A stretch of DNA of 64,000 nucleotides from assembly GCA_963797565.1 (NCBI GenBank), contig CAWCPM010000002.1, positions 321,560 through 385,559 on the forward strand. The letters run 5' to 3'. A program made the position numbers and the translations under genes. Position 1 is the stretch's first letter, and every line of letters begins with the position of its first letter. This DNA is from an uncultured Actinomycetes bacterium (lineage in GTDB: Bacteria; Actinomycetota; Thermoleophilia; Gaiellales; JAICJC01). Positions 18,619 through 28,192 of this stretch are shown piece by piece. The notes under the pieces are model-generated. The model ran no database searches. It saw only the letters and a program-made list of their open reading frames with translations, and was not told the origin of the DNA.

Positions 18619-18987
18619 ATGCCCATCACCATCGAGCGGGTCGACTTCGTGCCCATCGCGAGCCAGGACCGCGAGCGCTCGAAGGCCTTCTACACCGAGA
18701 TGCTGGGGCTGCCGCTGGAGCGCGAAACGCCGACCGGCTTCGAGGTGAGGGCCGGCCAGGTGACGCTGGGCGTGTGGGAGCCTGAGCGGATGGGGCTGTC
18801 GTTCGAGCCGAACCACAACGGCATCTCGCTACGCGTTCCGGACGTCGCCGAGGCGCGGGCGGCCCTCGAGCGGGACGGCATCGAGTTCAGCGGCGAGACG
18901 ATCGATTCCGGCGTCTGCCACATGGCCTTCCTGCATGACCCGGACGGCAACACGATCATGCTGCACCGCCGCTACGCACCGGTGTGA
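18619..18987 (+). CDS. VOC (glyoxalase/bleomycin-resistance) family protein
   Basis: ATG at 18619 preceded by GGGAGG. ..SKAFYTEMLGL.. and ..FLHDPDGNTIML.. motifs. Confidence 0.8.
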   Translation: MPITIERVDFVPIASQDRERSKAFYTEMLGLPLERETPTGFEVRAGQVTLGVWEPERMGLSFEPNHNGISLRVPDVAEARAALERDGIEFSGETIDSGVCHMAFLHDPDGNTIMLHRRYAPV

Positions 18988-19023
18988 TGCCATCGGGGGC
19001 TGGCGAACGTTGATTACCCGCGC

Positions 19024-19857
19024 TTAAACAGCTCTCGACTGCAACCGCGGGCCGAGTTCCACGGCGGTGAACACGACGAAGAAGATCGCGGTTGTCGTGA
19101 GCACCACGGCGCCGCCGGATGCCACGTTCCACCAGAACGAGATGTAGAGGCCGATGACACCGGCCGCCACGCCCAGCGCGGCCGACAGCAGCTGCATGGT
19201 GGCCAGCCGCTGGGTGAGGAGCCGGGCGGTGGCCGCGGGCGTGACCAGCATCGCCAGCACCAGGATGTTGCCGATCGCCTGCAGCGACACCACGATCGCA
19301 AGCGTGATCAGCCCCAGCAGCACCAGGTCGAGCAGGAACACCGGATAGCGCATGGCCAGTGCCATGTCGCGGTCAAAGCCGATCAGCGACAGCTCCTTGT
19401 TCAGCAGCACGGTGGTGACCACCGCGACGGCCGTCGTGCCCGCAGCCAGGTACAGGTCGCTCTGCGACACGGCCAGGATCTGACCGAACAGGAGGTCGGC
19501 CACGTCGCGCTGGTACGCCGCCAGGGTCGAGACCAGCACCACCCCCAGCGCGAACATCGCGGCGAACAGGATGCCGATGGCCGTGTCCTCGCTGACCCGC
19601 CGGCCGCGGCTGACGGTGGCGATGCCGAGCGCCGTGATCAGCCCCACCACCAGCGCCCCCAGCAGGATGCTGCGGCCAAGCGCCACCGCCACCACGATGC
19701 CCGGGAACACCGCATGCGTGAGTGCGTCGCCGATGAACGCCAGCCCGCGCAGCACCACATAGCTGCCGAGCACGCCCGAGGCGATGCCGGTCAGCACGAT
19801 CGCCATCAACGCGCGGCGCATGAACTCGAACTGGAGCGGGTCGGTCAGGTAGTGCAT
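19024..19857 (-). CDS. znuB: metal (Zn/Mn) ABC transporter permease
   Basis: ABC-3 family polytopic protein. In an operon with the ATPase and the Fur-family regulator. Confidence 0.8.
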   Translation of the reverse strand: MHYLTDPLQFEFMRRALMAIVLTGIASGVLGSYVVLRGLAFIGDALTHAVFPGIVVAVALGRSILLGALVVGLITALGIATVSRGRRVSEDTAIGILFAAMFALGVVLVSTLAAYQRDVADLLFGQILAVSQSDLYLAAGTTAVAVVTTVLLNKELSLIGFDRDMALAMRYPVFLLDLVLLGLITLAIVVSLQAIGNILVLAMLVTPAATARLLTQRLATMQLLSAALGVAAGVIGLYISFWWNVASGGAVVLTTTAIFFVVFTAVELGPRLQSRAV

Positions 19858-19858
19858 A

Positions 19859-20626
19859 TCAGTGGCTGTGGTGGCCCTCCGGCGCCAGGATGTGCACTCC
19901 CCCCACCACCAGCATGGCGCCCCCGTAGGCCTCCGCCAGACGGTCGGCGCTGAGCGCCTGCGCCGGCGGCCCGAACGAGATCACGCGGGTCGAGAGCAGG
20001 CACAGCAGGTCGCAGTGGGCGGCCGACCAGCCCAGGTCGTGCGTCGAGACCACGACCGTCCGGCCCTGCTCGCGCAGGCGCCGCAGCGTCTCCAGGAACG
20101 AAGCCTCGGTGGCGGCATCCGCGCCCGACAACGGCTCGTCCAGCAGCAGCAGCGACGCGTCCTGCATCAGCGTTCGGGCCAGCAGCACCCGCTGGCGCTG
20201 GCCTCCGGAGAGCTGGCCGATCTGACGGCCGGCCATGTCCTCGAGCCCGACCGCGCCCAGCGCCTCGCGGGCTGACCGCCGCTCCGCTGCGCCGGGGCGC
20301 CGCAGCCAACCGGTGCGCCGGTAGCCGCCCTGCAGGGCGACGTCGAGCGCGGTCAGCGGAAAGTCCCAGGCGGCCGGGCCCAGCTGTGGCATGTAGCCGA
20401 CCGGCACCGGCACGTCGACGCTGCCGCTGCGCGGCGACAGCATGCCCAGCAGCGTCCGCAGCAGCGTCGTCTTGCCGGCTCCGTTCGGGCCGATCAGGCC
20501 GATGATGCTGCCGCGCGGCAGCTCCAGCGAGACGTCGTCCAGGGCGACGTGCTGGCCGTAGGCGACGGTGACCTCGTCCAGCAGCGCGGCGGCTGTGGCC
20601 GGCGCTGCGCTAGGCGGGCTGCTCAT
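19859..20626 (-). CDS. znuC: metal ABC transporter ATP-binding protein
   Basis: Internal ATG at 20626. Walker A GPNGAGKTTLL, signature LSGGQRQR, Walker B LLLLDEP. Confidence 0.85.
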   Translation of the reverse strand: MSSPPSAAPATAAALLDEVTVAYGQHVALDDVSLELPRGSIIGLIGPNGAGKTTLLRTLLGMLSPRSGSVDVPVPVGYMPQLGPAAWDFPLTALDVALQGGYRRTGWLRRPGAAERRSAREALGAVGLEDMAGRQIGQLSGGQRQRVLLARTLMQDASLLLLDEPLSGADAATEASFLETLRRLREQGRTVVVSTHDLGWSAAHCDLLCLLSTRVISFGPPAQALSADRLAEAYGGAMLVVGGVHILAPEGHHSH

Positions 20627-21017
20627 CGGCCCCGGCACAGGCCTGGCACCGCGCGGGCAGCGAGGCCAGCGCCGCATCGAGCAGGTCGAAGCCGGCGGTG
20701 CGGGCCGACTCGCGGGCCGGCTCGAGCGCGCAGCCCTCGAGCAGCGCGGTGGCGCCGCAGTCGACGCAGACAACGTGATGATGGTGCCCCTGCGCGGCGC
20801 ACAGCACGTAGACGGCCTCACCGCCGCGCGTGCCCGCTTCCTCGGCCCAGCCCTCCTCGCGCCAGCGTTCCATGGTGCGATAGGCGGTTGTCAGCCCCAG
20901 CCTGGGGGCGGCGTCGCGGGCAGCAGTGTGCAGCTCGCGCACGCTGAAGGCGCGGTTCATCGCGCGGCCGGCCTCGAGCAGGACCATGCGGTTCTTGCGG
21001 TTTCGTCCCGGTTCCAC
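20610..21017 (-). CDS. zur: Fur-family metalloregulator (Zur-like)
   Basis: Tail of ORF 20610..21506: a winged-helix part (..FSVRELHTAARDAAPRLGLTTAYRTM..) then HHHHVVCVDCG .. CQAC metal sites. The GTG start at 21017 is my choice. Confidence 0.65.
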   Translation of the reverse strand: MEPGRNRKNRMVLLEAGRAMNRAFSVRELHTAARDAAPRLGLTTAYRTMERWREEGWAEEAGTRGGEAVYVLCAAQGHHHHVVCVDCGATALLEGCALEPARESARTAGFDLLDAALASLPARCQACAGADEQPA

Positions 21018-21064
21018 GAGCCCGGACTCTACCGGTAACGGTGTCCGTTCGCAACAAACGAAAG

Positions 21065-21079
21065 TGAAACCGATTGTCA
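21065..21079. promoter_or_regulatory. candidate Zur box TGAAACCGATTGTCA
   Basis: AT-rich imperfect palindrome resembling the actinobacterial Zur operator (TGAAAATGATTTTCA type), in the divergent zur/znuA intergenic region. Confidence 0.5.
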
Positions 21080-21099
21080 TTATGCTAGGCTGACCGGCC

Positions 21100-22026
21100 G
21101 TGTGCCGGATCCGTCTGTCCCCGCTGCTCGCCCTCTGCCTGCTGTCGCTGGGCTGTACGACCACCCACATCGCGAGCTCGACCCCGGGGCAGATCACCGT
21201 GGTCGCGACCACCACCCAGATGCAGGATCTGGTGCGGCATGTGGGCGGCCAGAACGTGCATCTGGTGGGCATCCTCAAGCCAAACGTCGACCCGCATGAC
21301 TTCGAGCCCAGCCCCAGCACCGCGATCGCCCTGACCGGCGCCAAGCTGGTCGTCGAATCGGGCGTCGGGGTGGACAGCTGGGTCGACGGGCTGGTGGCGA
21401 ACGCCGTCCCCGGGACGCCGGTGTGGGTCGCGTCGCACGGGCTGCCGCTGCGGACGGGCGACTCGTCGGAGCCGGACGGCGACCCCCACTGGTGGCACGA
21501 CCCCACCCTGTTCGAGCGGGCGGCAACCGCGCTGGGCGAGCGGCTGGCGTCGATCGACCCGTCACACGCCGATGCCTACCGAGCGAACGCCCGCCGCTAC
21601 GTGACCGAGATCCGGGCGATGGACGCCGCCAACAAGCGCCTGATCGCGACCGTCCCGCGGGGCGAGCGCAAGCTGGTCACCAACCACGACGCCTTCGGCT
21701 ACTTCGCCGCGCACTACGGGATCACGGTGGTCGGCTCGGTGCTGCCGTCGCTCTCGACCGTGGCCCAGCCCAGCGCCGAGGACGTGGCCAACCTGATCGG
21801 CAAGATCCGGGCGGAGCACGTGCGCGCCATCTTCACCGAGTCGTCGCTGAACCCGGCGCTCGAGCAGCAGATCGCCTCGGAGGCCGGGGTCAAGGTCTAC
21901 GCGAACCTGTACGGCGACACGCTGGGGCCGCCGGGGTCGCCCGGCGCCACGTACATCGGGATGGAGCGCTGGAACATGCGGGCGATGGTGGCCGGGTTCC
22001 TGGGCACTCCCCCGCCCCGGCCCTGA
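21100..22026 (+). CDS. znuA: metal ABC transporter substrate-binding lipoprotein (TroA/ZnuA family)
   Basis: Lipobox ..LLSLGCTT, ..DPHDFEPSP.., ..DPHWWHDP.. motifs. Confidence 0.8.
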   Translation: MCRIRLSPLLALCLLSLGCTTTHIASSTPGQITVVATTTQMQDLVRHVGGQNVHLVGILKPNVDPHDFEPSPSTAIALTGAKLVVESGVGVDSWVDGLVANAVPGTPVWVASHGLPLRTGDSSEPDGDPHWWHDPTLFERAATALGERLASIDPSHADAYRANARRYVTEIRAMDAANKRLIATVPRGERKLVTNHDAFGYFAAHYGITVVGSVLPSLSTVAQPSAEDVANLIGKIRAEHVRAIFTESSLNPALEQQIASEAGVKVYANLYGDTLGPPGSPGATYIGMERWNMRAMVAGFLGTPPPRP

Positions 22027-22030
22027 CCCG

Positions 22031-22387
22031 CTAGGGCGCCGTCGCCACCGTCGCGAGGTGGGTCGCGATCACGACCGCGTCCGCCATGCTGACCAGCAGC
22101 CGCGCGTACTCCTCGCCGGCGACCTCCACGACAACCCCCGGGCCGTGGCCGTGCACCACGGCGAAGTCCTTGCCAAAGCCGCCCCGCCACGTGCCCACCG
22201 CCAGCGTGCCGGGGACGCCCGTGCCGGGCGCCCGCATGCCGCGCAGCTCCTGCCACAGGTCGTCCACGGAGCGGGCACCCGTGACCGACGACAGCGGCAC
22301 CCGCACGTCGCCGTGCAGGCCCTCCATCTTCTCGACCGAGGACAGGTGCAGCACCAGCTCGGCATCCTCGATCTGCAGCTCCGCCAT
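22031..22387 (-). CDS. hypothetical protein (possibly bacterial PH-like)
   Basis: 118-aa ORF with normal composition. No motif recognised. Confidence 0.4.
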   Translation of the reverse strand: MAELQIEDAELVLHLSSVEKMEGLHGDVRVPLSSVTGARSVDDLWQELRGMRAPGTGVPGTLAVGTWRGGFGKDFAVVHGHGPGVVVEVAGEEYARLLVSMADAVVIATHLATVATAP

Positions 22388-22435
22388 GCGCCGAGGGTAG
22401 CACCGGTCCGCTGGCTATCCTGTCGCTCCCCGCCC

Positions 22436-23542
22436 GTGACCAGCCACCTCCAGACTCCCGCCGGAAAGCCGCGCGCCCGCTCGCTGGGCGTGCCGTTCAC
22501 CGGCACCCCCGGCGAGTGGAACGCGATCACCGACGTGCCAGGGGTCGAGGTCGGCTACCGCACGCTGATCCAGGGCGAGAGCGTCCGCACCGGGGTCACC
22601 GCGATCCACCCGCGCGGGCGCGCCCGCAGCGCCGATCCCTGCGCGGCCGGCGTGTTCTCGCTGAACGGCAACGGCGAGATGACCGGAGTGTCGTGGGTCG
22701 AGGAGTCCGGCACCGTTGCATGGCCGATCACCATCACGAACACGCACGCGGTCGGGATCGCGCACGAGGCCACCATCCACTGGGCGGTGCGCCGGCACCC
22801 GGAGCTGGCGGAGCTGTGGCTGCTGCCGGTGGCGGCGGAGACGTACGACGGCTACCTGAACGACATCAACGGCGGGCACGTGACGCGGCAGGTCGTGATC
22901 GATGCGATCGAGGCGGCGGCGTCGGGACCGATCGACGAGGGCTCGGTCGGCGGCGGCACCGGCATGAACTGCTACGCCTTCAAGGGCGGCTCGGGCACCG
23001 CCTCGCGCGTTGTCGACCTGGGCGACAGCGGCTACACGGTGGGTGCCTTCCTGCAGTGCAACTTCGGAAAGAGAGCGGCGCTGACGATCGCCGGGGTGCC
23101 GCTGGGCGCCGAGCTGGCCGAGGACAACCCGATCGAGGAGACGTACCGCACCCAGCCCGGCGCCGGGTCGGTGATCGCGGTCATCGCGACCGATGCGCCG
23201 CTGCTGCCCGGCCAGTGCAAGGCGCTGGCGCGGCGGGTGCCGCTGGGGCTGGCCCGCACCGGCACCAGCGGATCGCACTTCTCGGGCGACCTGTTCCTGG
23301 CCTTCTCGACCGCCAACCCGGGCGCGTTCGAGACCGGCTTCCCGGACAGCGATCCCGCGCCGTCGTCGCTGCGGTTCCTGCAGTGGAAGTGGATGGACGA
23401 GCTCTACCAGGCTGTCGTGGAGTCGGTCGAGGAGGCGACCGTGAACGCGCTGGTCGCCAACGAGGACATGGTCGGACGGGACGGGCACCGGTCGCCAGCG
23501 CTGCCGCTCGACCGCGTGGCCGCGCTGTTCGCAGACCAATAG
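22436..23542 (+). CDS. P1/DmpA (S58) family aminopeptidase
   Basis: GTG at 22436 in ORF 22058..23542. ..ITDVPGVEVGY..TGVTAI.. and ..GGGTGMNCYAFKGGSGTAS.. are typical of DmpA/BapA. Confidence 0.7.
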   Translation: MTSHLQTPAGKPRARSLGVPFTGTPGEWNAITDVPGVEVGYRTLIQGESVRTGVTAIHPRGRARSADPCAAGVFSLNGNGEMTGVSWVEESGTVAWPITITNTHAVGIAHEATIHWAVRRHPELAELWLLPVAAETYDGYLNDINGGHVTRQVVIDAIEAAASGPIDEGSVGGGTGMNCYAFKGGSGTASRVVDLGDSGYTVGAFLQCNFGKRAALTIAGVPLGAELAEDNPIEETYRTQPGAGSVIAVIATDAPLLPGQCKALARRVPLGLARTGTSGSHFSGDLFLAFSTANPGAFETGFPDSDPAPSSLRFLQWKWMDELYQAVVESVEEATVNALVANEDMVGRDGHRSPALPLDRVAALFADQ

Positions 23543-23592
23543 CCGCGACAGCGGAGCGGCGCGAGCGCAATCCGCGCCCTAAGATCCCTGCC

Positions 23593-24008
23593 GTGAACGA
23601 GGCCATCATCGAGGGGCTGCGCACGGTGCCGATCTTCGCGGCGCTCGACGACGACGCGATCGCTCGCGCCGCCGCCATCGCCGGGATCGACGACCACGCC
23701 AAGGGTTCGGTGCTGATCGAGCGCGGCCTGCCCGGCGCCGGCCTGTTCGTGATCCTCGACGGCACCGTGGCGATCGAGCTTCACAACCGCACCGTCGAGC
23801 TGGGTCCGGGCGAGTTCGTGGGCGAGCTGAGCCTGCTCAGCGAGCACACCCCATCCGCAGCGCACGCGTACGCGCCGCCACCGACGTGCGCGCCATCGCC
23901 ATCGCCCGTCACGAGTTCGTCGGGCTGCTGCACGAGCACCCGCAGATCGCCGTCGCCATGCTGCCCTCGCTGGCCCAGCGGCTGCAGGATCTGATCGAGC
24001 ACGCGTAG
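23593..24008 (+). pseudogene. cyclic-nucleotide-binding (CAP effector) domain protein, frameshifted
   Basis: VNEAIIEGLRTVPIFAALDDD..GEFVGELSLLSEHTP then continues in the +1 frame as ..IRSARVRAATDVRAIAIARHEFVGLLHEHPQIAVAMLPSLAQRLQDLIEHA*. The junction is at the C4 run 23849-23852. Confidence 0.6.
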
Positions 24009-24022
24009 GGCGAGCGCCGGCG

Positions 24023-25342
24023 ATGGAGACGGCCGAGCGAGCGGCACGAACCATGCAGCGGCTGTCCCAGCTGGCTGAGATCGGCCGCGAGGGCCGCGAG
24101 GGAGCGCACCGGCCCGGGCTGAGCGCAGCCGAGCAGGAAGCCTGCGAGCTGGTCGCGACCTGGCTGCGGCAGGAGGGCCTGGACGTCAGCTGGGACGCGT
24201 GCGGCAACCTGTACGGACGCCTGGCCGGCAGCGATCCGGCCGCGGGCGAGATCTGGGCCGGCTCGCACCTCGACACCGTCCCCAACGGCGGTCGCTTCGA
24301 CGGGGCTCTGGGTGTCCTGGCCGCGCTGGAGGCGGTCGCGCAGCTGCGCGAGGTGCCGCGGATGGCAACGCTCTGTGTGGCCGTGTTCCGGGACGAGGAG
24401 GGCTGGCGTTTCGGCGAGGGCTGCTTCGGCAGCCGCTGCCTGTGCGGCACCGTGACCGAGGCCGACCTGGAGGCGACCGACGCCGACGGCGTGTCGATTC
24501 GCGAGGCCCTGGCGGCGCTTGGCTACGGGGAGCCGCTCGGCGGTGGCACGCTGCCGGCCGCGTTCGTCGAGGTGCACATCGAGCAGGGCCCGGTGCTGGA
24601 GCGACGGGGGCTGGCGCACGCGGTCGTCACCTCGATCGCGGGCATGTCCGGCTTCACCGCGACGATCACCGGTAGCCCCGGGCACGCGGGCACCACGCCC
24701 ATGGAGGGCCGCCGCGACGCGCTGCTGGCCGCCGCCGAGCTGGCGCTCGCGCTCCGTGAGCGCGCAGCCCCGATCGACGGAGCGGTCGTGACCGTCGGCA
24801 GACTGACCATCGCCGATGCGGCCGCCAACGTGATCCCCGGGCGGGTCACGATCTCGATCGACGCTCGCTGCGCCACCGGCGAAGGCCTCGCGCAGCTGAT
24901 CGACGCCGTGGGCGAGGCGTGCTCGCAGGTCGCGGCGGTCAGCGGCTGTGCTGTCGCGCTCGACCCGGTCTGGCGCAGCCCGCCGGTGCCGATGTCGGCG
25001 CGTGTCGGCGACGCCATCCGGCAGGCGGCCGCGGCCGCCGGGCTGGAGCTGGCCGACCTGGCATCGGGCGGCGGTCACGATGCCGGGATCCTGGCCGAGG
25101 CCGGTGTCGACAGCGGCATGCTGTTCGTCCGCAGCCGCAACGGCGGGGTCAGCCACCGGCCTGAGGAGCTGACCGACGAGGCCGACGTCGCCACCGCCAT
25201 CCAGCTGCTCGCCGGCACCCTGGCGACCCTGGCGGCGCGGGGTAGCGAGCCCGCGCCGCTTCAATGGCAAACGCCTCCATGGAGTCAGCACACGCCCGCC
25301 CCGGAGCCGATGACAATTGATAAGCAGTTTCCCTATGGTTGA
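24023..25342 (+). CDS. M20-family amidohydrolase (allantoate / N-carbamoyl-L-amino-acid amidohydrolase type)
   Basis: ..WDACGNLYGRLAG..GSHLDTVPNGGRFDGALGV.. and the ..GHDAG.. C-terminal motif. Confidence 0.75.
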   Translation: METAERAARTMQRLSQLAEIGREGREGAHRPGLSAAEQEACELVATWLRQEGLDVSWDACGNLYGRLAGSDPAAGEIWAGSHLDTVPNGGRFDGALGVLAALEAVAQLREVPRMATLCVAVFRDEEGWRFGEGCFGSRCLCGTVTEADLEATDADGVSIREALAALGYGEPLGGGTLPAAFVEVHIEQGPVLERRGLAHAVVTSIAGMSGFTATITGSPGHAGTTPMEGRRDALLAAAELALALRERAAPIDGAVVTVGRLTIADAAANVIPGRVTISIDARCATGEGLAQLIDAVGEACSQVAAVSGCAVALDPVWRSPPVPMSARVGDAIRQAAAAAGLELADLASGGGHDAGILAEAGVDSGMLFVRSRNGGVSHRPEELTDEADVATAIQLLAGTLATLAARGSEPAPLQWQTPPWSQHTPAPEPMTIDKQFPYG

Positions 25343-25355
25343 CGCTGACGCCTAG

Positions 25356-25940
25356 GCCCAGGGTAGGCGAGCCCAGCTTGGCGGTCTCTCCCGCCGGAAC
25401 GGTTCGACCGTCGCGTACGCCTGCCGACAGGTCGGAGGTCTCCTCTGCCACGCTCGCGCCGTAGGCGCGCCGCGAGCTCCGACACCGGGTAGCGCACTCC
25501 CGGGCTCGAGCGCGATCCGAGCATCAGGATCACGCACGGCATCATCGCCGGCGCCTACGAAGGCGTGCTCAGTCCAGGGAGGGGAGTGGAAGAAGTCCCA
25601 GGGTCGCAGGCGTCGCTACTCGTCCTCGACGAGAAGCTCACACTCCCCGGAGAAGGATGAGGAACGCCTCCTGGTTTTCCTCGGCGTGGTAAAGGCCGGT
25701 CTCGCCGGGCTCCAGAACGGTGACATTGATTCCGAGCTGGGCGAACTCGACCGGCGGGTCGCCGTACTCGTTGTCGAAGGCGCACCTCGCACCCCTCCGT
25801 GCCGAGTTCCACCACTCGGCGTCGCCCACGTTGACGACGAACCATCCCTCGGTGACGGGCGAGAGCCCCGATCCGAAGTCCTCGAGCTGCGCTTCGGGCA
25901 CAAACGGGATTTTCGCACACCAGGCGACGACAGGTCTCTG
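25356..25940 (-). pseudogene. decayed cupin gene (paralog of 57993..58553)
   Basis: Pieces align to the intact paralog across three frames. ..VTEGWFVVNVGDAE..EENQEAFLILL (ORF 25638..25997), then GECELLVEDE*RRLRPWDFFHSPPWTEHAFVGAGDD (in-frame TAG), then ..MPCVILMLG.., then ..ASVAEETSD... Confidence 0.6.
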
Positions 25941-26039
25941 AGGTGAGCCAGGTTGCCTAACCGGATCAGGTGTCGCGCGTAGCCTGGTGCAGGGCACCCT
26001 GGCGACCCTGGACGGCGCTTGCTAGGCTCGGTCCCGGCC

Positions 26040-27470
26040 ATGCCACGACACAAGACACTCCCCATCGTGAGCGGCAAGCGCACCGTGATCGCCGGCGGCA
26101 CGCTGGCCACCGACTACGGCGTGTTCGCGGCGGACGTCGTGATCGAGGACGGCCGCGTCGCCGCGATCGCCGAGCAGGCCGACCGCAGCGGCGCCGACGA
26201 GCTGATCGACGCCTCCGGCCTGGTGGTGCTGCCCGGCGCCATCGACATGCACGCCCACTTCGAGGATCCCGGGCACACCGAGCGCGAGGACTTCACCACC
26301 GGCACCATGTCGGCCGCGGCCGGTGGAATGACCACGGTGATCGAGCACCCCCTCACCTATCCGCCCGTGACCACCGCCCAGCTCTACCGCGAGAAGCGGG
26401 AGATGGCGAAGCAGAAGGTGGTCACCGACTTCGGCCTGTGGGGTGCGCTGACCGCGCCCTCGATCCCCGAGATCAAGGATCAGTGGGCCGAGGGGGCGGC
26501 CGGGTTCAAGGCCTTCATGCCGATCTCCGATCCCTCCTACCCCCACGTCACCGACGCCGAGTTCCTGGACGGCATGCGCGAGGTGCAGGCCGTCGGCGGC
26601 CTGGTGCTCGTCCACGCCGAGAGCGACTCCCTGCTGCAGGCCGGCCTGGCGCGGATGCAGCAGCAGGGCCGCACCGACCCGATGGCGCACCACGAGGCAC
26701 GACCGCCGTTCGTCGAGGAGGAGGCCGTCCACCGGGCGCTGTACCTGGCCGCGCACGCCGACGTGCGGATCCAGATCGTGCACGTCTCCAGCCCGGTCAG
26801 CGCCCAGCTCGTCCGCGACGAGAAGCGGCGCGGGCGGCCGGTGACGATGGAGATCTGCCCCCACCACCTGCTGCTCGACCTCGACGACCTCGTCCGCCTC
26901 GGCCCCTACGGCATGTGCGCGCCGGCGCTGCGTGACCGCGCCCTCGTGGAGCGGCTGTGGTCGTTCGTGCTGGACGGAACCGCCGACTGCCTGATCTCCG
27001 ACCACTCCGCCTACACCCTGGAGGAGAAGGAGCCGGGCTGGGACAACATCTTCGACGCGCCACTCGGCTGCCAGGTGATCCAGGAGACGGTGCCGCTGGT
27101 GCTGGACGAGGCCTACCACCGTCGCGGCATGACGCTGGATGCGTTCGCGCGCTTCTCGTCCACCAACCCGGCCCGCATCGCCGGGCTGTATCCCCGCAAG
27201 GGCACGCTCGTGCCCGGCTCGGACGCCGACCTGGCGCTCTACGACCTCGAGACCGAGTGGACGGTGGACGCCCGCTCGCAGCAGTTCTCGAAGAACCCCT
27301 GGTCGCCGTTCGACGGACGGCGCGTGCGGGCGCGCGTGGTACGCACGGTGGTGCGCGGCGAGACGGTGTACGCCGACGGCGAGATCCTGGCCGAGCCGGG
27401 GTCTGGACGCTTCCTGTCCTGCCAGGAGGATCACTCCCTGGGCGGACAGCGGACGGCGACGGCGGGCTGA
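26040..27470 (+). CDS. cyclic amidohydrolase (hydantoinase / allantoinase / dihydropyrimidinase family)
   Basis: ..VLPGAIDMHAHF.., ..GFKAFM.., ..VHAE.., ..VHVSS.. metal-ligand pattern of the amidohydrolase superfamily. Confidence 0.75.
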   Translation: MPRHKTLPIVSGKRTVIAGGTLATDYGVFAADVVIEDGRVAAIAEQADRSGADELIDASGLVVLPGAIDMHAHFEDPGHTEREDFTTGTMSAAAGGMTTVIEHPLTYPPVTTAQLYREKREMAKQKVVTDFGLWGALTAPSIPEIKDQWAEGAAGFKAFMPISDPSYPHVTDAEFLDGMREVQAVGGLVLVHAESDSLLQAGLARMQQQGRTDPMAHHEARPPFVEEEAVHRALYLAAHADVRIQIVHVSSPVSAQLVRDEKRRGRPVTMEICPHHLLLDLDDLVRLGPYGMCAPALRDRALVERLWSFVLDGTADCLISDHSAYTLEEKEPGWDNIFDAPLGCQVIQETVPLVLDEAYHRRGMTLDAFARFSSTNPARIAGLYPRKGTLVPGSDADLALYDLETEWTVDARSQQFSKNPWSPFDGRRVRARVVRTVVRGETVYADGEILAEPGSGRFLSCQEDHSLGGQRTATAG

Positions 27471-27472
27471 CC

Positions 27473-28189
27473 GTGTTCCGGCTGGCGCTGATCAACCCCA
27501 ACACCGACGAGCACCACACCGAGGCGATGGCCGGTGTTGCGCGCGCGGCGCTGCCGGACGGGTGTGATGTGACGGGGGTCAACCCGAACCGCGGCCCCAC
27601 GTCGATCGAGAGCGCGGCCGACTCGGTGGTGGCCGCGGCCGAGGTGGCGGCGCTGGTGCAGTCGCTGCCCGAGTACGACGCCTATCTGATCGCCTGCTTC
27701 GGCGATCCCGGCCTCGACGCCGCCCGCGAGCTGGCCGCCGCACCCGTGGTCGGCATCGGCGAGGCCGCCTACATCGCGGCATCGCTCGTGGCCAAGCGGT
27801 TTGGCGTGATCACCACCCTGCCGCGCAGCATTCCCGCGCTCGAGGAGGGCATCGACGCGCTCGGCCTGCGGACCCGCTGCGCCGGGATCGTGCCGCTGAA
27901 CATCCCCGTCGCCGAGCAGGGCAGCGGCCACCCGGACACGACCGCGGCGATCGTCGCGCTGGGCAAGCGCCTGGCCGCCGACCACGGCGCCGACGCCCTG
28001 ATCCTGGCCTGCGGGGGCATGGCCGACGTGGCGCGAGCGGTCGAGCACGAGGTGGGCGTGCCGGTGTGCGACGGCGTGTCGTTCGGAGCCGGCCTCGCCC
28101 ACTCGCTCTGGCGGAGCGGCCTTCGCACCAGCAAGGCCGCCGCGTACGCGGCGCCGGAGCCGATCCCATACGTCGGCATGCAGGGCTGA
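27473..28189 (+). CDS. Asp/Glu/hydantoin racemase family protein
   Basis: GTG at 27473 in ORF 26957..28189. ..LINPNT.., ..IACFGDPGL.., ..ILACGGM.. motifs. Confidence 0.7.
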   Translation: MFRLALINPNTDEHHTEAMAGVARAALPDGCDVTGVNPNRGPTSIESAADSVVAAAEVAALVQSLPEYDAYLIACFGDPGLDAARELAAAPVVGIGEAAYIAASLVAKRFGVITTLPRSIPALEEGIDALGLRTRCAGIVPLNIPVAEQGSGHPDTTAAIVALGKRLAADHGADALILACGGMADVARAVEHEVGVPVCDGVSFGAGLAHSLWRSGLRTSKAAAYAAPEPIPYVGMQG

Positions 28190-28192
28190 CAC

